From a virus (taxonomy: Duplodnaviria > Caudoviricetes), in the IMG/VR virus record IMGVR_UViG_3300029319_000077, positions 1-51,907 of that record: a stretch of 51,907 nt of DNA. One strand, given 5' to 3'. How positions within the stretch are numbered: position 1 is the first letter of the stretch; the number at the start of each line of letters is the position of its first letter. Positions 1-9,473 of the stretch are shown in pieces. The notes under the pieces were generated by a model that saw only the letters and a program-made list of their open reading frames with translations, searched no databases and was not told where the DNA came from. Position numbers and translations under genes: made by a program.

Positions 1-13
1 CATTTTTGGAAAA
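1..13. repeat. Terminal overlap, left copy (circular junction)
   Basis: catttttggaaaa (1-13) matches cattttttgaaaa (51895-51907) at 12/13; the difference is synonymous (TCC/TCA Ser) in csgG. Confidence 0.8.
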
Positions 14-160
14 ACATTGAGCCTTACCAACAATGGTTACGAGATCTTTGTAATCTCGGTCCGGGTTAGTTAAGCAAGGTGAAATATATTTCCAGTGCGC
101 TGCACAACTAGCCAAACCCAAAATCGCCAATAGGAATAGTAATTGTCGTAGTTGTATCAT
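1..160 (-). CDS. csgG: Curli secretion lipoprotein CsgG, 5' part (continues across the circular junction into the segment ending at 51212)
   Basis: Hand translation from ATG at 160: MIQLRQLLFLLAILGLASC-AAHWKYISPCLTNPDRDYKDLVTIVGKAQCFSKN. Lipoprotein signal peptide with lipobox LASC. The frame is open to base 1 and joins the FSKNAF frame at the window end. Confidence 0.85.
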   Translation of the reverse strand, partial: MIQLRQLLFLLAILGLASCAAHWKYISPCLTNPDRDYKDLVTIVGKAQCFSKN

Positions 161-566
161 CTAAGCTGTTATAAATTTCTAAAGTTATTGTAGACCCGTC
201 TGAGGTCCAGGTTATTATATTATCAAATAAAGTAAAAGAACCTTCCGTTGCTGGGTTTTCTCCAAACAATTGTTCTACTATTTGTCTGCTTATTTGAGCA
301 AAAATGCGCGACTCAAGGTTTTTAGTAAATCTACTTATAACAGAATTTTCTTCATCTCTTTTTCTTTGTTCTTCCAAGGCCCGAAGATCTGCAAGAAGTT
401 GTTCTTTCCGGGTGAACTCTTGGTTCTCAATAGTCATATAATGCGCGGATGTTCCAATACCGCTAAAACTAGGAGACTTAAATTGAAATTTTATTTCATC
501 TGCTTGTAAATTATTTACACAAAAAAGTGTAATTAGTAAGGTCCAATTAATCTTTTCGTTGGTCAT
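108..566 (-). CDS. csgF: Curli assembly protein CsgF-like
   Basis: Signal peptide, then DEIKFQFKSPSFSG resembling the CsgF N-terminal FxNPxFGG motif, plus FTKNLESRIFAQIS and a C-terminal TTITIP. Overlaps the csgG start. Start placed at ATG 566; the ORF track uses 584. Confidence 0.8.
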   Translation of the reverse strand: MTNEKINWTLLITLFCVNNLQADEIKFQFKSPSFSGIGTSAHYMTIENQEFTRKEQLLADLRALEEQRKRDEENSVISRFTKNLESRIFAQISRQIVEQLFGENPATEGSFTLFDNIITWTSDGSTITLEIYNSLDDTTTTITIPIGDFGFG

Positions 567-897
567 CTCTTTCTGCTTTTGCAATTTTATTAGTATCTAT
601 TAAATTTGGAACACCTAACATTGTTTTTAACAATGTGTCTTGTCTTATTATTTCGTTGTCGACAGATCTAACCCGATCTATAAGAGCAACTAAAATACTA
701 TGTTGAGCCGCAATCTTAGATTGCAAACGTTCTTCCATTGCATCTATTTTAGCATTAATTGACTCATCGGTTGTTGAGATAGCGGTTTCTATACCACCCA
801 TAATTTTATTAAGTAATTTATTAAGCAACCAACCCAACCCAATAAGGCCAGTTACAGGCACCCCAACCTCATTTATAAGCTGTATAACTGTTTCCAT
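547..897 (-). CDS. Membrane-anchored coiled-coil protein heading the curli cassette
   Basis: N-terminal hydrophobic helix (VGVPVTGLIGLGWLL) followed by a coiled coil; overlaps the csgF start by 20 nt. Confidence 0.6.
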   Translation of the reverse strand: METVIQLINEVGVPVTGLIGLGWLLNKLLNKIMGGIETAISTTDESINAKIDAMEERLQSKIAAQHSILVALIDRVRSVDNEIIRQDTLLKTMLGVPNLIDTNKIAKAERDDQRKD

Positions 898-900
898 TTA

Positions 901-1209
901 TCACCACTTAACTTTGTCAGCCCACCAGGCAGCAGACATTTTACCTTTTGCAATATTTTTTCTATGCCTTGCTTTGAAAGATTTTCTTTTAGCTTTCATC
1001 CTAGCAGACTCGCCTTTTTTGGGTTTACCGGATGTGCCTTTTAGAGTGCCAACCTTTTTACCTTGTTGTCCAAATCTAATCGTTTTAATTTTGTCACCTT
1101 CTTTGGCAACAACTACATGAGATTTTGTTGGGTGTTTTGGCGTTCTTTTAGGTTTATTGTAACCGCTTACTCCAACTCTCGCTAATCTTGGATCTTTTTT
1201 TTTCGCCAT
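901..1209 (-). CDS. Small, very basic conserved phage protein
   Basis: K/R-rich with IRFGQQG, FKARH and SAAWWA motifs typical of a phage late-region family. Confidence 0.65.
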   Translation of the reverse strand: MAKKKDPRLARVGVSGYNKPKRTPKHPTKSHVVVAKEGDKIKTIRFGQQGKKVGTLKGTSGKPKKGESARMKAKRKSFKARHRKNIAKGKMSAAWWADKVKW

Positions 1210-1211
1210 AT

Positions 1212-2015
1212 TTATTCAGGATAAGGTCTGTTCTCTATATATATAATATCCATAGCAGCAGATATTGCAATATTGGCACCTGAACTGTCGCCTATACATC
1301 TAAATTCTAAATCAGTTTTTTCTTCAAACTTGAGGGGTGTGTCGTATCGTTGATGGTGTGAGCTTTCAGCTTTTACAAATTTATCTTTGACTTGAAAAAC
1401 ACCACCATTTTCTCTAGCAACAAAAGTAACTGTTGCATATTTATTATTTTGTGTTGTCGCAGCAGTAACATCTGTTTGTGTTACAAAAGCGGTATAACCC
1501 CTTGGTACTGTCCACAAAGCCATTAGAGTTTGATTATCTCCAATAGCTATTGTTGCGTACTTATTGCTAGGTACACCACTGGTGGGGGACGCTTCATCGC
1601 CAACGTAAATTACTCCAGCGTTTTGACCGCCACTTCCTGCTGTATTAACAGTCACCCTGTTAACTCTAATCCAATTAGAGGCGCTTCCTAATTGCACACC
1701 GTTTTGCCCATCTAAATCGACAGTAACCGATACCTCGTCGTAATTAGCATCTAAGCCTGAAACAGTAGCGGTTCTTGCGCCTGTTCCCGCCGCATCGTCT
1801 GCGGTTGATGAGCTAGATATGTAAAGAGTAGTAGCTGAACTTAGGTAAGAATACAGACCACCCTGGGCCCATATAGTCTCTAAAGAGTCATCAATATCCG
1901 GGTTAAAACCAAACTTAAATATACTTTTATGAAAAGCAATTTGTCCTCTTGCAACCTGAAGCTCAAAGGGTTCAGAAGTCCCAACTCTTGAAATTGATGA
2001 AACTTCTTGTGTCAT
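1212..2015 (-). CDS. Putative virion structural protein
   Basis: 267 aa, S/T/G-rich and beta-type; lies in the operon downstream of the capsid genes. Confidence 0.55.
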   Translation of the reverse strand: MTQEVSSISRVGTSEPFELQVARGQIAFHKSIFKFGFNPDIDDSLETIWAQGGLYSYLSSATTLYISSSSTADDAAGTGARTATVSGLDANYDEVSVTVDLDGQNGVQLGSASNWIRVNRVTVNTAGSGGQNAGVIYVGDEASPTSGVPSNKYATIAIGDNQTLMALWTVPRGYTAFVTQTDVTAATTQNNKYATVTFVARENGGVFQVKDKFVKAESSHHQRYDTPLKFEEKTDLEFRCIGDSSGANIAISAAMDIIYIENRPYPE

Positions 2016-2018
2016 TTT

Positions 2019-2321
2019 TTATGAATGAAAAACAGTTACACGATCTATATTAGATAAAGTTGCATGAACGCCGTTTTCAAACAAAACGCCTGAGTCAGGA
2101 ATATTTAAGGTTTCGGTATCGTTGGCGTTACAAGGAGCAATAAATATTGTGTCTCCTGAAGCAGAGCCATTTCTAAAAGTTACGGTTCCATCAGCAGCGC
2201 CGCCTGCTATTACATATCCCCTGAGTCTTGATCTATGGGACGTTAATGCAACACCACCAGTTGCAGTGCTGGTGGTGCTAGCTGTTTTTACATCAGATCC
2301 AGTAATTTTGCTGAATGACAT
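2019..2321 (-). CDS. Putative small virion structural protein
   Basis: 100 aa, beta-rich, abuts its neighbours. Confidence 0.55.
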   Translation of the reverse strand: MSFSKITGSDVKTASTTSTATGGVALTSHRSRLRGYVIAGGAADGTVTFRNGSASGDTIFIAPCNANDTETLNIPDSGVLFENGVHATLSNIDRVTVFHS

Positions 2322-3038
2322 TTATCTCTCTATTAAAACATTAACATAATCTATGGTCATAGTTTTTGCTGCTGCCGCACCATTTTGTATACCAAAAGAT
2401 ACTGTTAATTCTTCATCATCAGGAAGATTTGTGTTTACAACACCAACTGGCTCGCCGTTATTTATTGAGTAATAAACCTTTGAAGCATCCGGATCTATAT
2501 ACCAGGCTACAGTTACAAAAGTATCGTCTTCCATAGTGTGAACGGCTGTTGTATCTGTTGATGTGCTATCTTTTTCAACGATAAAGTCTAAATTGGTATC
2601 ACCATCGTCTTTGATAAAGAAAACTCCATCTGAGACTGCAAGTGGTGATGTGTCTGTTATTTGTAGACCCATCACAAAATCAGATTGTGTTGCATCAGAA
2701 ACTTTAAATCTAGCTGAGAAATATGCTCTTTTGCTTGATGATAATTTAAATGACTCTCCTTTTAGATTAAAAAAGTCAGCATCGTTATCAGCGTCATCAT
2801 TTGTTATAAGCAAAGCACCGCCAGCTTGAGATGTGACTGCCTCTGAAGCATTACCTGATCCTGCCTCTGTTGTAGTGATAGTCCAGTCACCTGCATTATA
2901 AGTCATAAAATCATTGAAGTAACCGTAATAGGTTTGATCAGACGGATATGGTTGAAACATTGGTAAATCTTTTTTTGATTTACTTGCGACAGTATTACCT
3001 GCCCATAAAATTAAATTTTGAAAATGTGGGTTAGCCAT
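2322..3038 (-). CDS. Putative virion structural/decoration protein
   Basis: 238 aa, acidic, jelly-roll-like composition; AAGGAG RBS upstream. Confidence 0.55.
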   Translation of the reverse strand: MANPHFQNLILWAGNTVASKSKKDLPMFQPYPSDQTYYGYFNDFMTYNAGDWTITTTEAGSGNASEAVTSQAGGALLITNDDADNDADFFNLKGESFKLSSSKRAYFSARFKVSDATQSDFVMGLQITDTSPLAVSDGVFFIKDDGDTNLDFIVEKDSTSTDTTAVHTMEDDTFVTVAWYIDPDASKVYYSINNGEPVGVVNTNLPDDEELTVSFGIQNGAAAAKTMTIDYVNVLIER

Positions 3039-3111
3039 TATGAACTCCTTTAAAAATAATGGAACGCTTCATTGCGCCTCATTAGCTAATAGTTAATATC
3101 ATATCATAATT

Positions 3112-3137
3112 AAAAAAAAGGGGCCAAAAGGCCCCTT
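3112..3137 (-). terminator. Rho-independent terminator after the major capsid gene
   Basis: Minus strand reads AAGGGGCC-TTTT-GGCCCCTT followed by a T run, just downstream of the MCP stop. Confidence 0.85.
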
Positions 3138-3155
3138 AGAAAAGATCGTTATTGG

Positions 3156-4073
3156 TTATGCACCTTGTGATCCGTAAATTCCTCTCCAGTTTGAGAAACC
3201 AAAGCTATATCTTTCTCTAGCTTTGTATCTGATATTACCGGTTGAGAACTCAGGTTCCATTGAAGTTTCCATAGCGGATCTTTGGAACATTTTAAGCCCT
3301 TCACCTTGATCATTTACTGAAGTTAATAGGAAGTAAGCATCAGGGTCATTTAGATAATGATTGACACTATAACCGCCAGGTAAAACACCTGTATTTCTTA
3401 TAGCGTTAACATCATTATCTGATGTTCCTGATCTTAGCGGAGAATTTAAAATTCTATCAGCAACAAATACTAATTGTGGTGGCACAATTAATTTTGTGGC
3501 TTGAACAGAAATTGTTAATCCTCTGTCATCCTGGAATGTTGATATATCAATCAAAGCATCCTCAAGCGAAGTTTCGTTTAAGTCTGCCATGGTTGTAGCT
3601 CTGTTGGCCTGATTGCCACCACCAGCTGTTGGGTGAGCAGTGTTAATTAATGAAACACCGTCCCCACCAGTGAAGTCTGAGCTGAATGCGTTGTTTAAAA
3701 CATCCGCGCCTTTTACTTCTTTAGTGTGTGCCATTGATCTTGCCAAGGCTTGTGTATATCTACGTCCAAGTGCATCGTAAAGGTTATCTTCAATTGCTTC
3801 TTCAGTTAAAGCGAAAGCTAAAGCTATTGTTTCGTGATTATATCTTGAAACAAAGCTCTCTGAAGAGTTATCGAAAACAACGCCTTGACCTTCTGATTTA
3901 GAAGGTGCTGCACCAAAACCAGTCACTAAAACTTCCTCTTCGAAAGCTCTTTGTGAGTCTTCAATCGCAAAAATTTCTTCATACTCTTTTGAATATTCAT
4001 CATAAGATAGTCCGAAAATTGCGTTCAAACCTGGCTCGAGTTCTTTTGCTAGTTGTGCTCTTGAAATTGCCAT
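3156..4073 (-). CDS. Major capsid protein
   Basis: N-terminal MAISRAQLAKELEPGLNAIFG and C-terminal YKARERYSFGFSNWRG match a marine podovirus MCP family; head-module position; followed by a terminator. Confidence 0.85.
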   Translation of the reverse strand: MAISRAQLAKELEPGLNAIFGLSYDEYSKEYEEIFAIEDSQRAFEEEVLVTGFGAAPSKSEGQGVVFDNSSESFVSRYNHETIALAFALTEEAIEDNLYDALGRRYTQALARSMAHTKEVKGADVLNNAFSSDFTGGDGVSLINTAHPTAGGGNQANRATTMADLNETSLEDALIDISTFQDDRGLTISVQATKLIVPPQLVFVADRILNSPLRSGTSDNDVNAIRNTGVLPGGYSVNHYLNDPDAYFLLTSVNDQGEGLKMFQRSAMETSMEPEFSTGNIRYKARERYSFGFSNWRGIYGSQGA

Positions 4074-4660
4074 TATGCTAATCCTCCTGATCCTTGACCA
4101 AAAATATGATTTTGTATTACAACTAATACGTTTGTATTCGCTGACGCTACATCATCGTTATCGGGATCCTGGGATATATCTATTGCCTTGAGTGGTAATG
4201 TGTTGGTGGTTGCACCAGTTGTCACATCTAGCTCAAGATTAGATTGCCCACTTTTTACATCTCCTGTAGTCGATTGATCAACAATATCAAAGTTACCAAA
4301 CAAGTCAGCTACTGGAAAAGCAGCGTCTGCCTGAACTTCAAATACTACTCTAGGATCATCGATTACAAAAGCAATTATATCATCCGCAGCAATACTGCCA
4401 GGATAATGATTTGAGAATACCTGTTCGCCTGAAGTTGGATCAGTGTATTGGACTCCGTTAAAAACGCCCACAAGTGGAACGGTGTTAGAAGCTGCTGCTC
4501 TCTCGATCCCTCCGCCGGTGACTTGTTTTACTAAGTCTCCTTGGAAAATCGCACCGCTTAAATTGTTAGCAATTCTATAACGGCTTTGTCCGCCACTATA
4601 TGGAGATCCACCTACTTGCCTAACAGGTTTTAGCCCGAAGGCTGCATCCTTATTTGCCAT
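4073..4660 (-). CDS. Minor capsid/decoration protein
   Basis: MANKDAAFGLKP N-terminus; translationally coupled to MCP; GGAG RBS. Confidence 0.65.
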   Translation of the reverse strand: MANKDAAFGLKPVRQVGGSPYSGGQSRYRIANNLSGAIFQGDLVKQVTGGGIERAAASNTVPLVGVFNGVQYTDPTSGEQVFSNHYPGSIAADDIIAFVIDDPRVVFEVQADAAFPVADLFGNFDIVDQSTTGDVKSGQSNLELDVTTGATTNTLPLKAIDISQDPDNDDVASANTNVLVVIQNHIFGQGSGGLA

Positions 4661-4683
4661 TATTAGTCTCCTAAAAAATTAAA

Positions 4684-5160
4684 TTATTTATCTTGTTTTC
4701 CAAAGCTTACACGAGAGTCTCTGCTCGGATCATACTTAACGTATCTACTGTCCCTGGAGGCATCTCTAAACATATTATTGTCTAAAGCTGCATCTCTATC
4801 GGCTGTTTTTGCAGCATAATACTGTCGCCTTTCTTCAACAGTTTCAACGGGTATTTTCGCTAACAATAAACCTTCGTTGTAAACTACACCAGTATGTCTG
4901 CCTGACTCTAGTGTCGGAAGTTTCCACTCTGCTGGAAGTTCTTCGCCTCTTACAAGGTCCCAACCTTCTCTAAGCCTATAGCTCACATTGTTTCTATCTT
5001 CTTGTCCTAAAATACTTTCCCTTATCCAGCGATATTCATAACCAGCTGGAGGTGGTGGAGTATCAAGCTTCTTTACCGGCTTCCACGGTTTTCTTCGAGT
5101 TTCTTTATCGTGCATCTCGGCCGCACGACTTGTTCTATTGGTGTTTTTTTTATCTGACAT
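4684..5160 (-). CDS. Conserved head-module hypothetical protein
   Basis: YRWIR and REGW motifs; between the scaffold and capsid genes. Confidence 0.55.
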   Translation of the reverse strand: MSDKKNTNRTSRAAEMHDKETRRKPWKPVKKLDTPPPPAGYEYRWIRESILGQEDRNNVSYRLREGWDLVRGEELPAEWKLPTLESGRHTGVVYNEGLLLAKIPVETVEERRQYYAAKTADRDAALDNNMFRDASRDSRYVKYDPSRDSRVSFGKQDK

Positions 5161-6091
5161 TTTGCGCCTCCTTAGATTGAACCTTTACTTTTTCTTTAGC
5201 AACCATTTTTAACCATTGCTCTTCCGATAAGTTATGTGGTTTTAATCCTCGAAGTCTTTCAACCTCAGCTTTAGAAAAAGACACACCGTTCTTCTTACCT
5301 TGTGTTTGTTGTCGACTTCCAGCAGAAGTAGAGGCGACTCTTTGCACAGCGGGCCTGCCCTCATTTTGTCCGACATTCCCCGAATTTACTAAATTCGGAT
5401 AAACTTTTCCAACTCTTGTATTGAGTTCTTCGTAGTAATCATCAGAGTCTGCTTCAAAACCCTCATTCACTAAATTAAAGTGAGTAAAGTAAGCAAATTG
5501 TGTTGCTTGAGCATTTTCAGGATTATCCTGATCTCCATACCACTTATTCTGTTCGTGCCAACTAAGAGCTTCTTTAGTAGGCTCAATTTTTTGTGGTTGA
5601 GCCTGCTGTTGAGCTGGTTGTTGATACACTGGTTGCTGATAATTATTACCAGCGACCTGTTGTCTTTGTTTAGCAACTCTTATTTTTTCTTTTTGAATTG
5701 CTATATCGTTTTTCAGCGTATCTGCTTTTGACAAGGTATCAGCATCATTTGCCTGTAATGCTTGTCTATAAATATCTTCAACTTCTCTTTGCTTCGACTC
5801 CAAGGCTTCTTCTTCTTTATCAAGATAGCTTTGGCCAAGAGAGACCGTTTGATTTTTAAGGACAAGGTTCTCTTGTTCTTTAGCTTGAAGTTGTTGCTCT
5901 AAGTAAGCAGATTTTTCAGCTTCACGTTTTATTTTATCATTTAATTTGTTAACGCGTTTTGAAACTGACCTGGTATATTTTTCCAGTTCGTCATCAGACG
6001 AAGCTTCAACTGTTTCTTGTTCAGTAATATTTACTTCAACTTCATCATTGGCGTTGGTTTCTGCGTTTTGGTTTTCAATTATATCAGTCAT
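5150..6091 (-). CDS. Putative capsid scaffolding protein
   Basis: Acidic, E/Q-rich coiled coil of 313 aa upstream of the capsid genes. Confidence 0.6.
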   Translation of the reverse strand: MTDIIENQNAETNANDEVEVNITEQETVEASSDDELEKYTRSVSKRVNKLNDKIKREAEKSAYLEQQLQAKEQENLVLKNQTVSLGQSYLDKEEEALESKQREVEDIYRQALQANDADTLSKADTLKNDIAIQKEKIRVAKQRQQVAGNNYQQPVYQQPAQQQAQPQKIEPTKEALSWHEQNKWYGDQDNPENAQATQFAYFTHFNLVNEGFEADSDDYYEELNTRVGKVYPNLVNSGNVGQNEGRPAVQRVASTSAGSRQQTQGKKNGVSFSKAEVERLRGLKPHNLSEEQWLKMVAKEKVKVQSKEAQNVR

Positions 6092-6529
6092 TTATACACT
6101 CACTATATCATCAGGATCTAATATGGTTCCGATTACTTCATCATCATTGATAATTCTAACCTCGGACCCATCTCCAAGTTTAAATCTAGCTCCAGCATAG
6201 CGACCTATTAAAACCCATTGCTTTTCAGCACACCAGGCCTTGCCATACTTTTCTTTATCAGAATAGCAAAGAGGTCCCATTTTTACAACATACGCAACCA
6301 CTGTAGCTAAAGAGTCTTTATCAATTGTCTCTTTAGTTAATACAATTCCTCCTTCCGTCACGCCTTTGCCTTTATAAGGTAAAACAAGAATACGCCAACC
6401 GGTTGGTTGTGGCATTCTCTCAAGTATCGATTTGTCATCAAGCAAAGATGGATCTAGGACTCTTTCATTTGCACTTACATAAGCATCTTCAAGAGATAAA
6501 TCTTTTTTCTTTTCTTTTTTTTCTGACAT
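6092..6529 (-). CDS. groES: Co-chaperonin GroES (Cpn10)-like
   Basis: PTGWRILV, TEGGIVL, VVKMGP, YAG and IINDDEVIG match the Cpn10 pattern. Confidence 0.85.
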   Translation of the reverse strand: MSEKKEKKKDLSLEDAYVSANERVLDPSLLDDKSILERMPQPTGWRILVLPYKGKGVTEGGIVLTKETIDKDSLATVVAYVVKMGPLCYSDKEKYGKAWCAEKQWVLIGRYAGARFKLGDGSEVRIINDDEVIGTILDPDDIVSV

Positions 6530-6711
6530 TACTTTTCTCCAAAGAAATCTTTTATCGACTCTTCCACATAGTATAAAGCAGTCAATTCACCTTGCAAGTA
6601 TTTATATTGATCCATATTTTCAATACCACCATCCATAAGGGTATCTCGGATCTGTTCACGCCGACTTTTTATCGTTCTTTTTATTTTGTCAGCTAGATCT
6701 ATAGAGTCCAT
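6529..6711 (-). CDS. Hypothetical protein
   Basis: 60 aa, TAATG-coupled on both sides. Confidence 0.6.
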   Translation of the reverse strand: MDSIDLADKIKRTIKSRREQIRDTLMDGGIENMDQYKYLQGELTALYYVEESIKDFFGEK

Positions 6712-6962
6712 TAATAGGTGATTTTAAAATCAAAGCCTTTAATTGCTGCACCTGCACCTCTTGCTTTTACAACTTGAGGTTTTTTAGGTTTTTTATACGG
6801 CTTTACTTTTGGTGCAACCGCTCCGCCTTGAGCCATTTTTTTAGCTTTGCCAGCAGATTGTAGTGAAATAGCTACTGCTTGTTTTCTTGGTTTTCCTTCT
6901 TTCATAAGTTTCTCTATATTTTTTGATATTGTTTTTCTTGATGTTCCTTTAAAAAGTGGCAT
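6711..6962 (-). CDS. Small basic protein
   Basis: ISKNI..L..EG and QAVAISL motifs; contains KMAQGGAV. Confidence 0.6.
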   Translation of the reverse strand: MPLFKGTSRKTISKNIEKLMKEGKPRKQAVAISLQSAGKAKKMAQGGAVAPKVKPYKKPKKPQVVKARGAGAAIKGFDFKITY

Positions 6963-6963
6963 C

Positions 6964-9447
6964 TTAATTTCTAAGTTTACTTTGTAATTCTAACAGTTTC
7001 AAATCAGCTTGTTGCTCAAGCCTCTGTAGAGCAAGGTTTAATTTGTCGTCAGCAATAACTTTTTGAGTATCAATTCTCTCTTTAGATAATTCATTCTCAA
7101 GTAATTGTTCTTGTTCTCTTTGCTCAGTTTTGACTCTAAATTGTTCCTGGTCTATATCTAACTCTTTGTCTTTTAGATCTAATTCTTTTTGTCTTATTTC
7201 AACCAAAGGATCAACTTCATTTGATTGACCTATGGACTGTAAAAATTCAGACGTGAGTTGAGCCAAGATCGGTGAGCTAAATTGCTCAACAACCATGCTT
7301 ATCTGTTGCTGTATCATTTGCGCTTCTTGTGGTGATAATTGTGCAATTTGCCCTTGTGTTTCTTGAATGCTTTGCATGATTTCAGGAGGCATTTGATCTT
7401 GTGCAATTTGTGTTGCCAAGAATTGTAAATGCTGCATTATATGTGCAATTATTACTGATTGTATTGCTGGATTTTCTTTTACAACATTTGTTAAAAATAA
7501 CGATCTATGCGCTTCTATGTGTGCTTGATGATTTTGCTCAGGAAATGCCTGGGCTGGCATTCCTTGTAATAAGCCAGCGTTTTCTAGCCCCGCATCAATA
7601 GGCATTGGTGGTTGTGGTTGCGCTGGAGGCTGAATAATTGACTCAATGTTATCTATTCCAAGAGCTGAATACATTCTTCTATAGGCCTCATATATTCCCA
7701 TTGGCCCGTGTATTTCAGGATTGCTCTGCACCATTTGCAATAACTCTTGAGCCATAGTAATTCTTTGACTTTGTGAAAAAATATTTGGATCTGACACTGG
7801 CACAACATCAACCCGATCATCAAAGTCTTGCGCCATAATTTCAGACGGTCCTGATCCGCTTTCAAAAGTATAAACTGGTGGTAAATATTCTTGAAATACT
7901 TTTGCCAACAATCCAAATTCTAATTTTTGCGAATAATGTAATCTTTTGTGAATTGCTGACATGACTTTAGTTCCTCTTTCAAGCAAAGCAACAGTTGTGC
8001 CTACAGGCATTGCTTGGTTCATATCGCCAACATTCATATCTGCTATGGAGGCAAACCTTTGGCCTGATTGAACCAGTAGACCTAGCAAGTTATATAAAAC
8101 CCCGCTTGGTTCTTTTACAGGTAATGGAACAAGATTTTCTTTTAAAGATCCTCCTGTTGTATCAATGTCTCTAAACTCTCCAGGCTGTAAGGGTGAGGCC
8201 TCGTCCCTAATCCTCATCCCTCTAGCCTTGAAACCTGCTGGTAAATTTGCAAGTGTTCCTGCATCTATAAGTTGTCGCAAAATAGATGTAGAACTTTTAG
8301 CTAATCCGCCAATCATGTGTGATAGACCCAATCCATAAAAACCTAATCCAGGCAAAAATTTGTATTGGATAAAGTAATTAATTTTTTGCTTGAGTGGATC
8401 TTCTTGTTTGTAATTTCTACGAATTGCTAGAATTTTTTCTGACTGCTCGTCAATAGTAATAATGTAAGGAACTTTGAGTCCAGTTTGCTCGCCGTCTGCG
8501 TCTGCGTCCTCGAAGCCCTCAAGATCCATAACCGTATGCACCTCATAAATGGTACGGTTTCTATCTTCGGTATACGAAGGTTTGACGCCTTGTATTTCGT
8601 CTATTTCATCGTCAATTTCATCTTGTTGGTATTCGGTATTGTTAGGTATTTCAATGTCAGCATAAAAACCTGAAAGTTGTTGTTTTTTAATTTCATTTGT
8701 CGACATACTAATTACGTGGGATACCCTTTCCGCTGAAAATAAATCTGTAGCCTCGTAAGGAACAATTAGATCTTCAGGTGCAATAAACTTAGAAACCGCT
8801 CTTTGTAGAGTGCTGTCATAATAAACTTTTTTAAATGCAGATCCCGCTAGTGGTAAATAAAATAAAAGTTGATCAAGCTCAGGATCATATTCTTTCATTT
8901 CATTCATTATGTAGTAATTCATAAAATCTTTGACCCTATCTGCCTGGTATTCAATCTCAGGCGTTCTTTGTCCAATTATTTGCGTTTTTACTGGTCCTTG
9001 CGGTGGCAGCATTTCTTTATATGCTTGAGCTTGGAATTGCGTAACAGACTCAGCCAGTATTGGGTGTACAACACCGGTTGAACCCTCGAACGGCTCAGAT
9101 CTTGAGTTGTCAAATTTCATTCCTAAATACTTAAGGCCATCGGTGTAAGTTTCTTCCCACTCTTTGCGAGAAGTTTTATCAGACTTTATTGATTGCAGTA
9201 AGTCTTTAGCTATTATTGCTAACGTTTGTGGGTCAATAAATTCAACTAAATTATCGTAAAATCCAGCTTGTGGAATTTGTTCATCAACCAAATTATCACC
9301 GACAATAATATTTTCTTCATCGACAATTATTTGCGCTGCATCGGATATTTCTTCTTGCAAAGTTTTTTCAGGAAATACTTCCATAGATTTTGCTTGATTA
9401 TTTATATTGGGATCGTTTTCAGTCCCTAATTTTTTCTCAATGGCCAT
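6964..9447 (-). CDS. Portal protein
   Basis: 827 aa directly downstream of TerL; [10 protein letters not shown] and GFYGLG motifs and a Q-rich C-terminal coiled coil as in P22-type portals. Confidence 0.85.
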   Translation of the reverse strand: MAIEKKLGTENDPNINNQAKSMEVFPEKTLQEEISDAAQIIVDEENIIVGDNLVDEQIPQAGFYDNLVEFIDPQTLAIIAKDLLQSIKSDKTSRKEWEETYTDGLKYLGMKFDNSRSEPFEGSTGVVHPILAESVTQFQAQAYKEMLPPQGPVKTQIIGQRTPEIEYQADRVKDFMNYYIMNEMKEYDPELDQLLFYLPLAGSAFKKVYYDSTLQRAVSKFIAPEDLIVPYEATDLFSAERVSHVISMSTNEIKKQQLSGFYADIEIPNNTEYQQDEIDDEIDEIQGVKPSYTEDRNRTIYEVHTVMDLEGFEDADADGEQTGLKVPYIITIDEQSEKILAIRRNYKQEDPLKQKINYFIQYKFLPGLGFYGLGLSHMIGGLAKSSTSILRQLIDAGTLANLPAGFKARGMRIRDEASPLQPGEFRDIDTTGGSLKENLVPLPVKEPSGVLYNLLGLLVQSGQRFASIADMNVGDMNQAMPVGTTVALLERGTKVMSAIHKRLHYSQKLEFGLLAKVFQEYLPPVYTFESGSGPSEIMAQDFDDRVDVVPVSDPNIFSQSQRITMAQELLQMVQSNPEIHGPMGIYEAYRRMYSALGIDNIESIIQPPAQPQPPMPIDAGLENAGLLQGMPAQAFPEQNHQAHIEAHRSLFLTNVVKENPAIQSVIIAHIMQHLQFLATQIAQDQMPPEIMQSIQETQGQIAQLSPQEAQMIQQQISMVVEQFSSPILAQLTSEFLQSIGQSNEVDPLVEIRQKELDLKDKELDIDQEQFRVKTEQREQEQLLENELSKERIDTQKVIADDKLNLALQRLEQQADLKLLELQSKLRN

Positions 9448-9473
9448 GCTTTAAATTATACCTTGTTTTATGT

